Assembly (NCBI GenBank): GCA_965112735.1
Contig: OZ218959.1
Location: 2,542,001 to 2,606,000, forward strand
Origin: Phaeosaccion multiseriatum
Lineage: Eukaryota > Protista > Ochrophyta, other classes
DNA length: 64,000 nt
Direction of reading: 5' to 3'
Under the pieces are notes generated by a model. That model made no database searches. It was given only the letters and a program-made list of their open reading frames with translations, and was not told the DNA's origin. How positions within the stretch are numbered: the stretch's first letter is position 1; each line of letters begins with the position of its first letter. The position numbers and the translations under genes are program-made. Below are positions 13,270 to 26,256 of this stretch, piece after piece.

Positions 13270-16200
13270 TCATGACGCTTGTCCACTGCCGAGGTCGGGG
13301 GTATCCTTCACTACCCCCCCAAGCCCCTTTTGCGGCAACTCTGGAGGGCTCGGGGGCATAAGCGGAGTCGGCTTGGTCGGCTTGCCCTCTCCCGCCCTCC
13401 GACGCTCTGCGCGTCGAAGCCTTTCATTCCGCGCAGAGAACCCCCCTAACGAGTGCAGTGACTGTCCGCCCCTGCTGGCAGTGCTGTTGCTGCTGCGGTT
13501 GCTCCGCCAGTGGGCGAGGAGCCTCTCCCAGTCACTCATTGCCAGACTTGGGTCCTTGAGAGGCAAGTGAAGGCATGCTTGGAAGTGGCGGAGATTCTTC
13601 CACAGCATCTTACCATAGACTGCCTTCCAGGTGTCTTTCGTGCGCTTGCTCAGGAAGAGCCGTCTGTCTGCCCTTCGCTGCTGCCACAGCTCCCGAAGAC
13701 TTGCGACGGCCACGGGGGCGACGTGTGCATCACTCTCCTCACGCTCACGATTGGTCCTCACGCTGCCTGCATCGTCCTCGTCCTTGTGGTCGTCGTCGTC
13801 GTCGTCGTCGGACCTCGAAGCCGACAGAGCGGCCTGCCTCAGCCCAAGCAGGGCATCGAGGTACAGCGGCAGCGACCCCACCACCAGGAAGACGATCTGC
13901 AGAGAGAGGACATAAGGCATTCGGCATTCATTCATGCGTTACTTCGCGCTGCTCAAGGAACGAGGGGAAGGGAGCTGGCTTCTCGCCTCTGCATCACGCC
14001 ACGGATCCATCCGCCTCCCCGCTCGCTACTTTGCGCGCCTGTGTGCCCTTCGCTTCACCCATCCAGCGCACCCCACCCAACCCCACCTGCCTGACCGGCA
14101 CCCACCTGCGTGATGTAGATGGCGTTGGTGGCCCTCCTCTCGAACTCTCCCCCGCCGTACCCATCGACCTGCATGGCGAACAGCAGCACCAGCATAGCCA
14201 CATTCACGCCCGCGCCCACACCGGCCACCCAATTCAACTCCGAGTTACAAAACGGCCGAAGAACCACCACGAGCAGCAGCGATGTGCACATGAAGGCCAG
14301 AAAAAGAACCAGCTTGATCATGGAGCTCGGGACGAAGGCCGCCACTGCGGCGAGGGCCAGGAGCTCCACAAAGATGAAGAGTGCATAGTAAAGGCCGGTA
14401 TCTGTGAAGTCCGCGTACACGGGCTCGTTGCCGATGCGCAGAATCTCCGCTTCCGCCATGTGCTTCCTGACTTTCAGCAGGGTTCGGTCCGACTGCCTCT
14501 GTTTCTCCGACGAAGGCTGGGGCTCCTCCTTCTCCCCTTCCTTCTGCTCCTCCTCCCTCTGCTGCAGCCCGGGCTGCTCGGAGGCAGCGGCCTTGGCGGC
14601 GAGGAGGATGCCCGGCTCGTTGCAGTACACCGTCATCCACGAGCCCGTGTCGAAGCAGGACAAGAAGCGCTCCTCGGCGAGACGGGTGGACCGCAGCGAC
14701 TGCTTCAGCTTGCTCCACACCCCGCGAAGGGAGGACTCCGATGCGCTCTTCTTCTTAACATCATAGCGCACAAAGAGAAGCTGCTGCGCTGAGTCCCTCC
14801 GCTGCTCCAGCAGCTTCACCACAAACCCGCCACAGTACGCCGCGATGAGGCAGGGCAGCAGGAGGAAGGTCAGCACCCCCACGGGCCACAGCCCAGTTGC
14901 AGTTTGAAGTCATTGCCTTCATCTCCGCCAGCGCGGTGCCCAGCAGGATGAACAACAGCACCACCAGCAGCACATGTGGGTAGAAGGTCCAGAACGGGGC
15001 GGGGTCGATGGGGTCCACCACAGCGCGTGCGGGTTGTAGGTCCAGAACTCGGGGGGTTTGGGTACTTCCATCGCTGCTGCTCCTGCCCCTGTCGATCGCA
15101 TCCTCCTCGGTTGCCAAACTCATGTCTTCTTCGTGTGACGGCGCCACCTGACTCACACTCACAAGGCCCCAGTGTTGCTGCTCCTGCACCTCCGAAGCAC
15201 TCCTCCTCCCCCCGGGCCGGGCCTCGGCAAGGACGCTGCAGACGCGATACATGCTCGGCACCTGGACAGGCCGTGCTTGATGAGCTTTGTCTTCCTTCCA
15301 CTGCGCCCTGTACCACGCCTCAGCCCTCTGCAGCTCCGCTCGGTAGGCCCCTCCTAGCGCCTTGGACACGCGACAGGCACGCGAAGAGAGAGCTTCCGGT
15401 CCCGCCGAGCATGGCACTGGATCGCGCTGCTCCCTAGTTACACGTGCTTCACTCGAGCCGCCACTGACCAGCAGCAAGCGTATAGCGCTCCCGTGGGTTA
15501 TGCCGACCCCCTGCGCCACTCGCCATTCAAGTTTGGCTTTCTCGCGGGCGTGCCACTTGGCCTCGAAGAAGCTCGCCAACCCGATGCTGAGCAGCACAAA
15601 GACCAGCACCAGGCCCACCGCCAGGATGAGGTTACCGACCAAGCGCCGCACGGCATCTTTGCCGCCGCAAGACTCCTCCTCATCTGTCAAGAAGCCTACT
15701 TTCCACCACAGGTTGGTCCAAGCGAGGCCCTTGGCGAAGTCCGAGAAGCGCCTCTCGGCGGGCACCACAAAGGCCAACAAAGCGAGGCTCTGCACATGCT
15801 GCATAAGCACGCGAGCGCCCGTCGCGCTGGGGCTTCGAGAGGACGGCTGAGGCCCTCGCGTCGTGGAGGAGGAGGCTCCGACGATGCCAAAGATGGACAC
15901 CAAGGCCACGAGCCCCACCGCCGAGGCTACCACGCTGCTGACCAACACCGCCGAGGCCTCTCCGGACAGGTAGAGCTCGTCCCTCACCCGAACGTCCGAC
16001 CGCCCGATGATGCCCAGCTCTGTAGCGTACTCGGCGCATGCCGGCTCCTCGAACATGTGGACCTCCCGCGAGCCCGAACTTCCCTCGACCAGCACTACCA
16101 GCTCGTCCTCCGTCTGCCGCATGATGCTCACTCCTTCCTCCCCCCCACCCGCCCCGTCTCCTCCTTCGATACCTGGTACCACCCCGCACAGCCCGTCGAA

Positions 16201-18174
16201 CGAGACAGGGTCGATGAACAGCAGAAAGGAGTCGGTGTCGCTTCCTCCCTCCTCCCCCTCCTGCTGAAGGCCTCGGCCTCTCGTGTCGCCCGTCTCCTGC
16301 GGCACCACCGTCGGCACCGATGGCTGAGACACTCCGAGCACGAGCCAGTTTCCATCTGCATCAAACTCCACGTCAACAGCACAGCCACTCACCCCTGCCT
16401 CGGTGGCATCGTACTCGTCCAAGACAGTGTACTCGGTGCGAGTCTCGTCCAAGTACTGCACTCGCCGCAGGAGCAGGTCCGTGCTTCCCTGCACAGGCAC
16501 CACCTCTCCCGTGTCGGGGTCCAGCACCCGTCCACAGCAGCCGTACAAGCACTCGTCGCCTGCAGCACCACGTGTTGTAAAGGCATTTCACCGCCAAGCA
16601 AAGCACGCGGTACACGGGCAGCGAGGACGGGCAGGGAAGCGTCAGGGGCCGCACTGCTGTACGAAAGGGTAGGCCTCTCCCTGCTCTGAAGCGTTGTGCG
16701 GTTGCCCCCCCCAAGGTCACTCAGAGGCAGCACTACCTCACTCACCGGCTGGCGATACCAGTTCGGAGGTCCTCTCTGTGCACTCCGCGGTGGACGCAGG
16801 GGGTGGCGTATCGGGCAAGATGTCTCGGGGCGTCGGCGCTGCTGTTGGTGGTGCTGTAAGGGGGGCTGGAGCTGGGGTCGGCGGAGCGGTCGGTACCTGG
16901 TGAACGGTCCATTGTAGAGGGGGGAAGAAACCAAGAGCAGACTTAAGACAATAGGAAGACGGAAAGGGGGAGCAGGAAGGCTTGAGCGAGCCGCATAAGG
17001 CGGCCGCTGTCATGGACACCTACCTCCGTAGGGGGCGGTGTCGGAGTAACGGTTGGAGGCTCCGTCGCCGCCAGCGTCGGCAGAGCGGTTGGGGCCTGAA
17101 AGGAGAGGGGGGAAAGATTATCGAAACAGTAGAGTATGACGAGAGGGGAAGCAGGATTGAGTGAGAGAGCGGTCAATGGAGCAAGGAGATGAAGCTTGAG
17201 ATGTAGTCGGCATTCGTCGCGAACCTTAGTCGGAGGCGGAGTTGGGGCGAGAGGGAGATGATCAGTTGGAGGTAGAGTCGGTGCTGGAGTGGGTGTGGCG
17301 GCTGGGGGCTGAGCTGGTATGGGCATTGGAGCCTGAGAGAACAAGGGTGGGCGGCATGGAAAGGTACAGCCCCAGGTGGCAAGTAAGTAAGGAGAGGAAA
17401 CAAGGCTGTGGTAGGCCTTCGTAGGCCTTTGCCACCAACCTGAGTGGGAACCAGAGTTGGAGCCAGCGCCGGGGCCAGGGTGGGTGCCGTCGGTGCCTGT
17501 CGAAGGGAGAGGGGAGATGTCATCCAAAACAGAGCGGAACAAGGCGGGAAGCGGATGGATTGAGTGAGGGTAGCAAGGATCAGCCAGCCCCAAAGCAAGC
17601 ATCATGCACATACCCACCTCCGCAGGTGCCAGGGTTGTCGGGGATGGTCTCTGCGGAGCGAATATTGGGGAAGCGATTGGTGTCTGGTGAAGGGAGAGAG
17701 GGGGGGGAATTGAGAAAAGAGCGGGACAAGGCAGAGTAAGCATTGAGAGAGACGCGTGCGGTGGGGTAGCAGGGATCAGCCTCGCCCTAAAACAAGCAAG
17801 CTCATCCGCACTCACCTCCACAGGCACCGGTATTGTCGGGGTTGGTATCTGCGGAGCTAGTATTGGCGATGCGCTTGGTGTCTGACGAAGAGAGATTGGG
17901 GAAAGAGAGTGGGGCAACAGGGTGGCAGGATTGAATGAGAGAGCCATACACGCCGAGGCAGAGAAAATGCGGGACTGCCAGCACAACTCATCCCCTGAAC
18001 GAACAGCACACGCTTAAGGTAATTATAGTCGACACGCACCCCCACAGGCGCCGGTGTTGGCGGACCTGCCCCTGTGGTCGGTCGGGGCCCCGAAGGCGCA
18101 TCCCCCCACGTCATAGGTGCTGGCGTCTGCCAGCCTGGCGCAACCCCTGGCAAGATTGGTGCCCCCCAATCCAT
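13270..18174 (-). pseudogene. Paralog A: Pro/Thr-stalk, multi-TM (TRP/Flc-like TM region) protein with a frameshift
   Basis: ORFs 14761-16548 and 14055-14882 together match paralog B's single ORF; extra base at 14883-14885. May be an assembly error. Confidence 0.65.
13550..17253. repeat. Left arm of ~3.6 kb inverted duplication
   Basis: Reverse complement of 21203-24830; introns also near-identical. Confidence 0.95.
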
Positions 18175-18785
18175 CTTGTTTTGTCTTGTCTGGCTTATGG
18201 AGAGGTGTAATAGATATAGATGGCAGTGGACGGGAGGGTGGGGCCGCAGCTTTTTGAACCAAAAAAAGGGTTCTTTTCCTCCGTTTCTCATATTTTTCCT
18301 TTCGTCTCTCTCTCTGCTTCCCACAACTCTATACACATGTAATGTGCGCTCAGCCTTGCTACTTCCCGCTCGCTTACCCCGCAACCCTCTCGAAGAAGAT
18401 CAAGTCCTCGTTCGAGAAGGAAGGCCTCAAGGGCTCATTTCGGGCCCAGGGGGGAGGTGTGCATGCGGGAGGTGGGCTCTCATAGCGACTGTACGCGGCC
18501 CGCCACTGCTTGGGGCAGACTCGGAGCACCTGTGGGCGCGTGCAAGAAGAGGCAAGGGGGCATGTGTGAGGCACAGGCACTGGGTGGATGTGAACAAGGC
18601 ACGGGCAGGAGGCATATGGGTGGGTGCAGAGACAGACGGGTCGGGAAAGAGGACAAGAGATGGCCACACGAGAGGCCGGACTCACCATAATACGACCTTC
18701 TTCATGACCACGCCCACGCCTTCGCAGGGGCTTGAGGTCCTGCTCCCCTCGCACATCCTTTGGAGCACGCTTGCTGTTTGCTACC

Positions 18786-20309
18786 TTAGGCCTCGCGAAT
18801 CTGCTTGAGCTTGCCAAGAGCCCCCGCCACGAGGACCACTCCGCCGGTGCAGCCCACAAGAATGCCAGCCGCCTCTGCGTCCGACAGACCGCCGAAATTT
18901 CCAGACCCGCTGCCCGCCTCTGGGAGACTGCTCCTCGCGGTGGTGATCGAGCAAGCTTCCTGCCCCTCACACATGTTGATGACATCGCACGTCAGTGTGG
19001 GGTTGAGTTCCAGATACTGCTGGGCACCTGTGATGAGAAGAGTCGGAGAGGCGAGTTGCGACAAGGGAGGGTGGAGGGGATCGGGGTGTGGGGGGGGGGT
19101 TGGAGAAGGGGGTTTTAAGAGAATGTGAGGAGAGGAATGGAATGGAGTCAGAATGGAGGGAGACACACAGACACACGTTAACGTGCACCTGCTTCTGTGT
19201 AGCATGCCCGGCAATCTCGGCCAAGATCGAAAATGTCGCAGAGAAGGCCTTCGTAAGAAGTGCCCGCATCCGAGCAGGTGGGGTCGCAGTACAACTCTGG
19301 TGTGCGGCAGGGCAGGAGGGAGCGCGAGCGAGTGAGCGGCGGGGAGTGAGAGCAATGAGCGGACAGAGGGGAGACGAGGTAGCAAGCTCTTGATACTCGC
19401 TCCAGCCCCATCCCACAGCTCTCGAAGTTAGCCCATTTCTTCATCATCACGCACCTCTCTGGCTGTTCTCGAGGTTCTCGATGTCTGAAAGACTGGCCAG
19501 AGCGTAGCAGTCGTCAGCAGTTGTGCACCCCGCGGGCGAAGGAGTGGAAGAGGTGACATCGGCGGCTGTGGGGGCTGCTGTAGGCGCCTCACTGGGGAAC
19601 ATAGGTGCTGCAGAAGGAAGAAGACTCGTGGGGGCGGGACTTGTGTCTGCGGCGATCAGGACCTCCGTGGGTGCGGCTGTGGGGGCAGAGGAAGGGGGGC
19701 ACACCACATACATAGAGTATTCGCTCTCGGGAATGCTGAGCTCGTTGGCGAGGTCCAATATGTCTTCCTAGAGAACAGGTGCGTGGCACGGGAGTCGCGG
19801 GGGCAAGCATGAGGGCCTCAGAGAGGGGGTGGGAGTATCACACATTCCGTACTGCATCGCTTTTTGTCCCCCTTTGTGATAAATAGATATCGCGTCGAGG
19901 CTCCTCTTCAGATCCTCTGGGCTTTCCCAAGGGGGGATAGACAGCGCGCTCACCTCACTCAAGAAGCAGCCGCGGCAGTCTTGATCCACCCCGCCATAAT
20001 TGCAGTGAATGCCAGCTTCAATAGAGCACGAGGAGTCACAGACCACGGACTTCCGGTAGTCAAGCATCGTTTGGGAGCTGACCCGTTCCACGCACTCCTG
20101 ATCTGTCTCACAAGCGCTCGAAAGACCTAAGAGCGGGAGGTATACGCAGAGCATCGAAACAGGTTAGAGAAAGAGAACGGAGAAAGAGACGCAGACGCGC
20201 GGGAGGGAGCGACGGGAGAGAGAGATAGAGAGACAACAGATAGAGACAGTAGAGAGACAGATAGACAGACAAAGATGAGGCAGAGCGAGACACAGCGAAG
20301 GAGAAGGCA

Positions 20310-20342
<33 letters not shown>

Positions 20343-20496
20343 CAGAGTGGGAGAGGGACAGAGAAGGCAAGGTTCAAACGGCCAAACGGTGATTTCGCTG
20401 TGACGACGCCGCCACTCCACAGACCACATTGCAGCGCCTCTTACCGAGAAGGGCTCCCGCGGTGAGCAGGGAGAGGAGCGCGGTGGTCTTCTCCAT
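18786..20496 (-). CDS. Type I membrane protein: signal peptide, two Cys-rich repeats, PT stalk, C-terminal TM
   Basis: MEKTTALLSLLTAGALL|GLSSA; repeats CDSSC..CNYG..CRGC and CDPTC..CDIF..CRAC; APTAAPT; TM AAGILVGCTGGVVLVAGALG. Exon limits approximate. Confidence 0.6.
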
Positions 20497-20736
20497 GATC
20501 ATCGTTGGCGCTGCTGCTAATACTATACTATGACAAATCAAATTCTTCGAGCGGGATGGGCGGAGGCCTCTGGAAAATCTAGAGGCCTCCATAAATTTCC
20601 CCGCGCAAAGACCCACACTTTAAGGTTCGGAGTAGGGCGTCGGCAATGCTCCTGTACACTTGCCGCAGTAGCTCAAGAGCTAGGACGCTTTGCTCTGACG
20701 TAAAGATTTTTGCGCCATCTACACCTCTCCTGCGGG

Positions 20737-23700
20737 ATGGAGCGTTGGGGGGAGCCTTGCTGGGGAGGGCCACCTATGACCTGGAATACACCTCGCTGGG
20801 GGAAGGCTTGGCCTGTGCCCTGGGAGGCGCCTGTGCCCTGGGAGACGCCTGCACCGATGACGTGGTTTGAGGGGCCGATGACGTGGGAGGTGGGTGTCGC
20901 CCTGGGCTGTGTTGGGACCTGCTTCCCCCCCGTGCATCCCCCTTCGCCCACCTGCTTCGAGCTTCTGATCCTCTCCCTTCCTATCCCTTTCGATAGACAC
21001 CATCCACTCGCCGACCTCGGGTAACCGTGGCTCCGACACCGCCTCCTACGAAGGTAGGTCGCGGATGTTTGCCTTGGGGCGGGTGAACAGTACACATTAC
21101 TCACTCAGGTATCCTTGCTTTCTCAGGCTCAAACAGCCACACCAACGCAGCCCCCAACAGTAGCACCAACAGCACAGACTCTGGCTCCGACGCCTGCTCC
21201 GACTCTCGCCCCAACTCCGCCTCCGACTAAGGTTCGCGACGAATGCCGACTACATCTCAAGCTTCATCTCCTTGCTCCATTGACCGCTCTCTCACTCAAT
21301 CCTGCTTCCCCTCTCGTCATACTCTACTGTTTCGATAATCTTTCCCCCCTCTCCTTTCAGGCCCCAACCGCTCTGCCGACGCTGGCGGCGACGGAGCCTC
21401 CAACCCTTACTCCGACGCCGCCCCCTACGGAGGTAGGTGTCCATGACAGCGGCCGCCTTATGCGGCTCGCTCAAGCCTTCCTGCTCCCCCTTTCCGTCTT
21501 CCTGTTGTCTTAAGTCTGCTCTTGGTCTCTTCCCCCCTCTACAATGGAACCTTCACCAGGTACCGACCGCTCCGCCGACCCCAGCTCCAGCCCCCCTTAC
21601 AGCACCACCAACAGCAGCGCCGACGCCCCGAGACATCTTGCCCGATACGCCACCCCCTGCGTCCACCGCGGAGTGCACAGAGAGGACCTCCGAACTGGTA
21701 TCGCCAGCCGGTGAGTGAGGTAGTGCTGCCTCTGAGTGACCTTGGGGGGGGCAACCTCACAACGCTTCAGAGCGGGGAGAGGCCTACCCTTTCGTACAGC
21801 AGTGCGGCCCCTGACGCTTCCCTGCCCATCCTCGCTGCCCGTGTACCGCGTGCTTTGCTTGGCGGTGAAATGCCTTTACAACACGTGGTGCTGCAGGCGA
21901 CGAGTGCTTGTACGGCTGCTGCGGACGGGTGCTGGACCCCAACACGGGAGAGGTGGTGCCTGTGCAGGGAAGCACGGACCTGCTCCTGCGGCGAGTGCAG
22001 TACTTGGACGAGACTCGCACCGAGTACACTGTCTTGGACGAGTACGATGCCACCGAGGCAGGGGTGAGCGGCTGTGCTGTTGACGTGGAGTTTGATGCGG
22101 ACGGAAACTGGCTCGTGCTCGGAGTGTCTCAGCCATCGGTGCCGACGGTGGTGCCGCAGGAGAGGGGCGACGCGAGAGGCCGAGGCCTTCAGCAGGAGGG
22201 GGAGGAGGGAGGAAGCGACACCGACTCCTTTCTGCTGTTCGTCGACCCTGTCTCGTTCGACGGGCTGTGCGGGGTGGTACCAGGTCTCGAAGGAGGGGCA
22301 AGCGGGGAAGGAGGAGGAGTGAGCATCATGCGGCAGACGGAGGACGAGCTGGTTGTGCTGGTCGAGGGAAGTTCGGGCTCGCGGGAGGTCCACATGTTCG
22401 AGGAGCCGGCATGCGCCGAGTACGCTACAGAGCTGGGCATCATCGGGCGGTCAGACGTTCGGGTGAGGGACGAGCTCTACCTGTCCGGAGAGGCCTCGGC
22501 GGTGTTGGTCAGCAGCGTGGTAGCCTCGGCGGTGGGGCTCGTGGCCTTGGTGTCCATCTTTGGCATCGTCGGAGCCTCCTCCTCCACGACGCGAGGGCCT
22601 CAGCCGTCCTCTCGAAGCCCCAGCGCGACGGGCGCTCGCGTGCTTATGCAGCATGTGCAGAGCCTCGCTTTGTTGGCCTTTGTGGTGCCCGCCGAGAGGC
22701 GCTTCTCGGACTTCGCCAAGGGCCTCGCTTGGACCAACCTGTGGTGGAAAGTAGGCTTCTTGGCAGATGAGGAGGAGTCTTGCGGCAGCAAAGATGCCGT
22801 GCGGCGCTTGGTCGGTAACCTCATCCTAGCGGTGGGCCTGGTGCTGGTCTTTGTGCTGCTCAGCATCGGGTTGGCGAGCTTCTTCGAGGCCAAGTGGCAC
22901 GCCCGCGAGAAAGCCAAACTGGAATGGCGAGTGGCGCAGGGGGTCGGCATAACCCACGGGAGCGACATACGCTTGCTGCTGGTCACTCAGTATAGCTCGA
23001 GTGATGTGGATGTGCTGAGGGAGCGGCGGGAGCCGGTGCCATGCTCGGTGGGACCAGAGGCTCTCTCAACGCGTGCCTGGTGCGTGCCTCCGGTGCTGGG
23101 GGCGGCCTACCGAGCGGAGCTGCAGAGGGCGGAGGAGTGGTACACAACGCAGTGGAAGGAAGACAACGCCCATCGGGCACTGCCGAGCATGTATCGCGTC
23201 AGCAACGTCCTTGCCGATGCACGGCCCGAGGCGAGGGGGAGCACTTCGGCCGTGCAGGAGCACCAACACTGGGGCCTTGTGAGTGTGAGTCAGGCGGTGC
23301 CCTCGCACGGTGGAGAATTGGGCTTGGCAACGGTGGAGGAGGAAATCGACAGGACAAACCAAATGGACCTACAACCCGCACGCGTTGTGGCGGACCCAAT
23401 CGACCCCCCCAAGTTCTGGACCTTCTACCCACATGTGCTGCTGGTGGTGCTGTTGTTCATCCTGCTGGGCACCGCGCTGGCGGAGATGAAGGCAATGACC
23501 TCAAACTGCAACTGGGCTGTGGCCGTGGGGGTGCTGACCTTCCTCCTGCTGCCCTGCCTCATCGCGGCGTACTGTGGCGGGTTTGTGGTGAAGCTGCTGG
23601 AGCAGCGGAGGGACTCAGCGCAGCAGCTTCTCTTTGTGCGCTACGATATTAAGAAGAAGAGCGCATCGGAGTCCTCCCTTCGCGGAGTGTGGAGCAAGCT

Positions 23701-24756
23701 GAAGCAGTCGCTGCGGTCCACCCGTCTCGCCGTGGAGCGCTTCTTGTCCTGCTTCGACACGGGCTCGTGGATGACGGTGTACTGCAACGAGCCGGGCATC
23801 CTCCTCGCTGCCAAGGCCGCTGCCTCCGAGCAGAAGGAGGAGGATCAGGGACATGGGCGGCCGCCGTTGCCGGATCAGCAGGAGCAGCTGGAGCAGGCCC
23901 ATGTAAACGTCAGGAAGCACATGGCGGAGGCGGAGATTCTGCGCATCGGCAACGAGCCCGTATACGCGGACTTCGCAGATACCGGCCTTTACTATGCACT
24001 CTTCATCTTTGTGGAGCTCCTGGCCCTCGCCGCAGTGGCGGCCTTCGTCCCGAGCTCCATGATCAAGCTGGTTCTTTTTCTGGCCTTCATGTGCACATCG
24101 CTGCTGCTCGTGGTGGTTCTTCGGCCGTTTTGTAACTCGGAGTTGAATTGGGTGGCCGGTGTGGGCGCGGGCGTGAATGTGGCTATGCTGGTGCTGCTGT
24201 TCGCCATGCAGGTCGATGGGTACGCCGGGGGAGAGTTCGAGAGGAGGGCCACCAACGCCATCTACATCACGCAGGTGGGTGTCGGTCAGGCAGCAGGTGG
24301 GGTTGGGTGGGGTGCGCTGGATGGGTGACGCGAAGGGCACAGAGGCGCGCAAAGTAGCGAGCGGGGAGGTGGATGGATCCGTGGCGTGATGCAGAGGCGA
24401 GAAGCCAGCTCCCTTCCCCTCGTTCCTTGAGCAGCGCGAAGTAACACATGAATGAATGCCGAATGCCTTATGTCCTCTCTCTGCAGATCGTCTTCCTGGT
24501 GGTGGGGTCGCTGCCGCTGTACCTCGATGCCCTGCTTGGGCTGAGGCAGGCCGCTCTGTCGGCTTCGAGGTCCGACGACGACGACGACGACGACGACAAG
24601 GACGAGGACGATGCAGGCGGCGTGAGGACCAATCGTGAGCGTGAGGAGAGTGACGGAGACGACGCCCCCGTGGCCGTCGCTAGTCATCAGGAGCTGTGGC
24701 AGCAGCGAAGGGCAGACAGACAGCTCTTCTTGAGCAAGCGCACGAAGGACACCTAG
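20737..24756 (+). CDS. Paralog B: Pro/Thr-stalk, multi-TM (TRP/Flc-like TM region) protein
   Basis: 806-codon ORF with QHVQSLALL..FAKGLAWTNL and about 8-10 hydrophobic segments, PT-rich small 5' exons, last exon from 24487. Confidence 0.7.
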
Positions 24757-24830
24757 AAGGCAGTCTATGGTAAGATGCTGTGGAAGAATCTCCGCCACTT
24801 TGGAGGTTGCCTGCGTTTGCCTCTCAAGAA
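21203..24830. repeat. Right arm of ~3.6 kb inverted duplication
   Basis: Reverse complement of 13550-17253. Confidence 0.95.
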
Positions 24831-25925
24831 CCCCCAGCTGGCGACGATGACGACGCAAGGAGGAGGAGGAGGAGGAGCGGAGATAGTCGCAGCGGGCACG
24901 GCAGGAGACGCCTCCTGTGTACAAGGGACTTGCCAGCGGCCCCTCGCCCGGGGGCGGACCAGCAGCAGCAGTAGCACGACCAGCACGGGCAGCAAGGGGG
25001 GGAGAGGGGTGGGGTCACAGGGAGCAGGAGAGGCAGGAGGGGAAAGAGCGGCAGGAGGGGCAGGAGAGGCAAGGGGGCCCGCAGAGGAGTCGCTGCGCTG
25101 AAATGGGGCCTCGACGCGGAGCCTGTGCAGGTGCAGCCGAAGAGGAAGCCGACTCGGAGCCCGCCGCCGTCGGAGCTGACTGAAGGGACTTGGCGGCGGG
25201 GTCGTGCGGCGTCCTCCCCGCCTCGGCCATGGGACGGCCTGTGCAGCAGGCGAGAGAGTATGTATGAATCCTTATATGGGTGGATATTTGATATTTGTAT
25301 GGCGTGGGGTGGAGCACAAACTCGGTGCAGTAGGTAGGGTAGCAGCATTTGGGAGGGGAGGCAAGCAAAGACATAGTACGGTGGAAGCAAGCAAGCATTC
25401 ACAGCCCCTCCGCTCTTGGGATGGACTCTTTACACTCGTAATTCTATTGATGCTTTCCCTGCTCTCACCCCACGTCCAATACTCTTCGATGAGGAAGGGT
25501 TTCGTGTCCTTGTAATAAGATGACACGCGCTCACAGGAGCTACTTTGTCAGAGCTCTACGCTGCTTTGCCCTGAGCCTCGCTCCCTCGGTCTCCTGCACT
25601 TCTGTCCAAGCAACAATGTGGTCCGCATCGTTTCATGTAAAGACCCTGTCAGCGGCGGCGCTGTCCGACTCCGATCCCGCTGCCGATCGCGTGTGCGTGC
25701 GTGCGTTCGTGCGTGCGTGCATTCGTGCGTGCGTGTGTGCATGCGAGCCTGGCTCCGCTTGAGCATCGGGGTCGCTCTGCTCACAGTCACTCGTCAGTAT
25801 GGGGCGCTTCCATCGATTCCTGAGTCGGCATCTGCGGGTCGGAGGCGGCGGCAGCAAGTGTCCACAGCCCCGAGGAGTCAGGGGTGTATTTATTGACTCA
25901 ATAGTAGCCACCTAAGAAACTGAAA

Positions 25926-25980
25926 GTGTGTGTGCGTACGTGTGTGTGTGTGTGTATGTGTGTGTGTGTGTGCGTGTGTG

Positions 25981-26027
<47 letters not shown>
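25926..26027. repeat. (GT)n microsatellite
   Basis: Directly visible. Confidence 0.95.
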
Positions 26028-26029
<2 letters not shown>

Positions 26030-26256
26030 GTGCTTACAGTATATATAGGGAAGGGGAAGAGAGAAGAGTTTACTACGAAGTAGTATTATTTAGCAAGATC
26101 CTATCAAAGCGGAGGTGGTTCCTCACTCCGCAGCAGCTCCACCTACCACGCTAAGAAGGATAGGCAGTTGGTTCCATGCTGCCGCCGGTCGCTCCTGCTG
26201 GCACTGGTGCCTCGATGGTCGATGTTGCTGGCTGCTGGAAAGAGTGTGGGCTGAGT

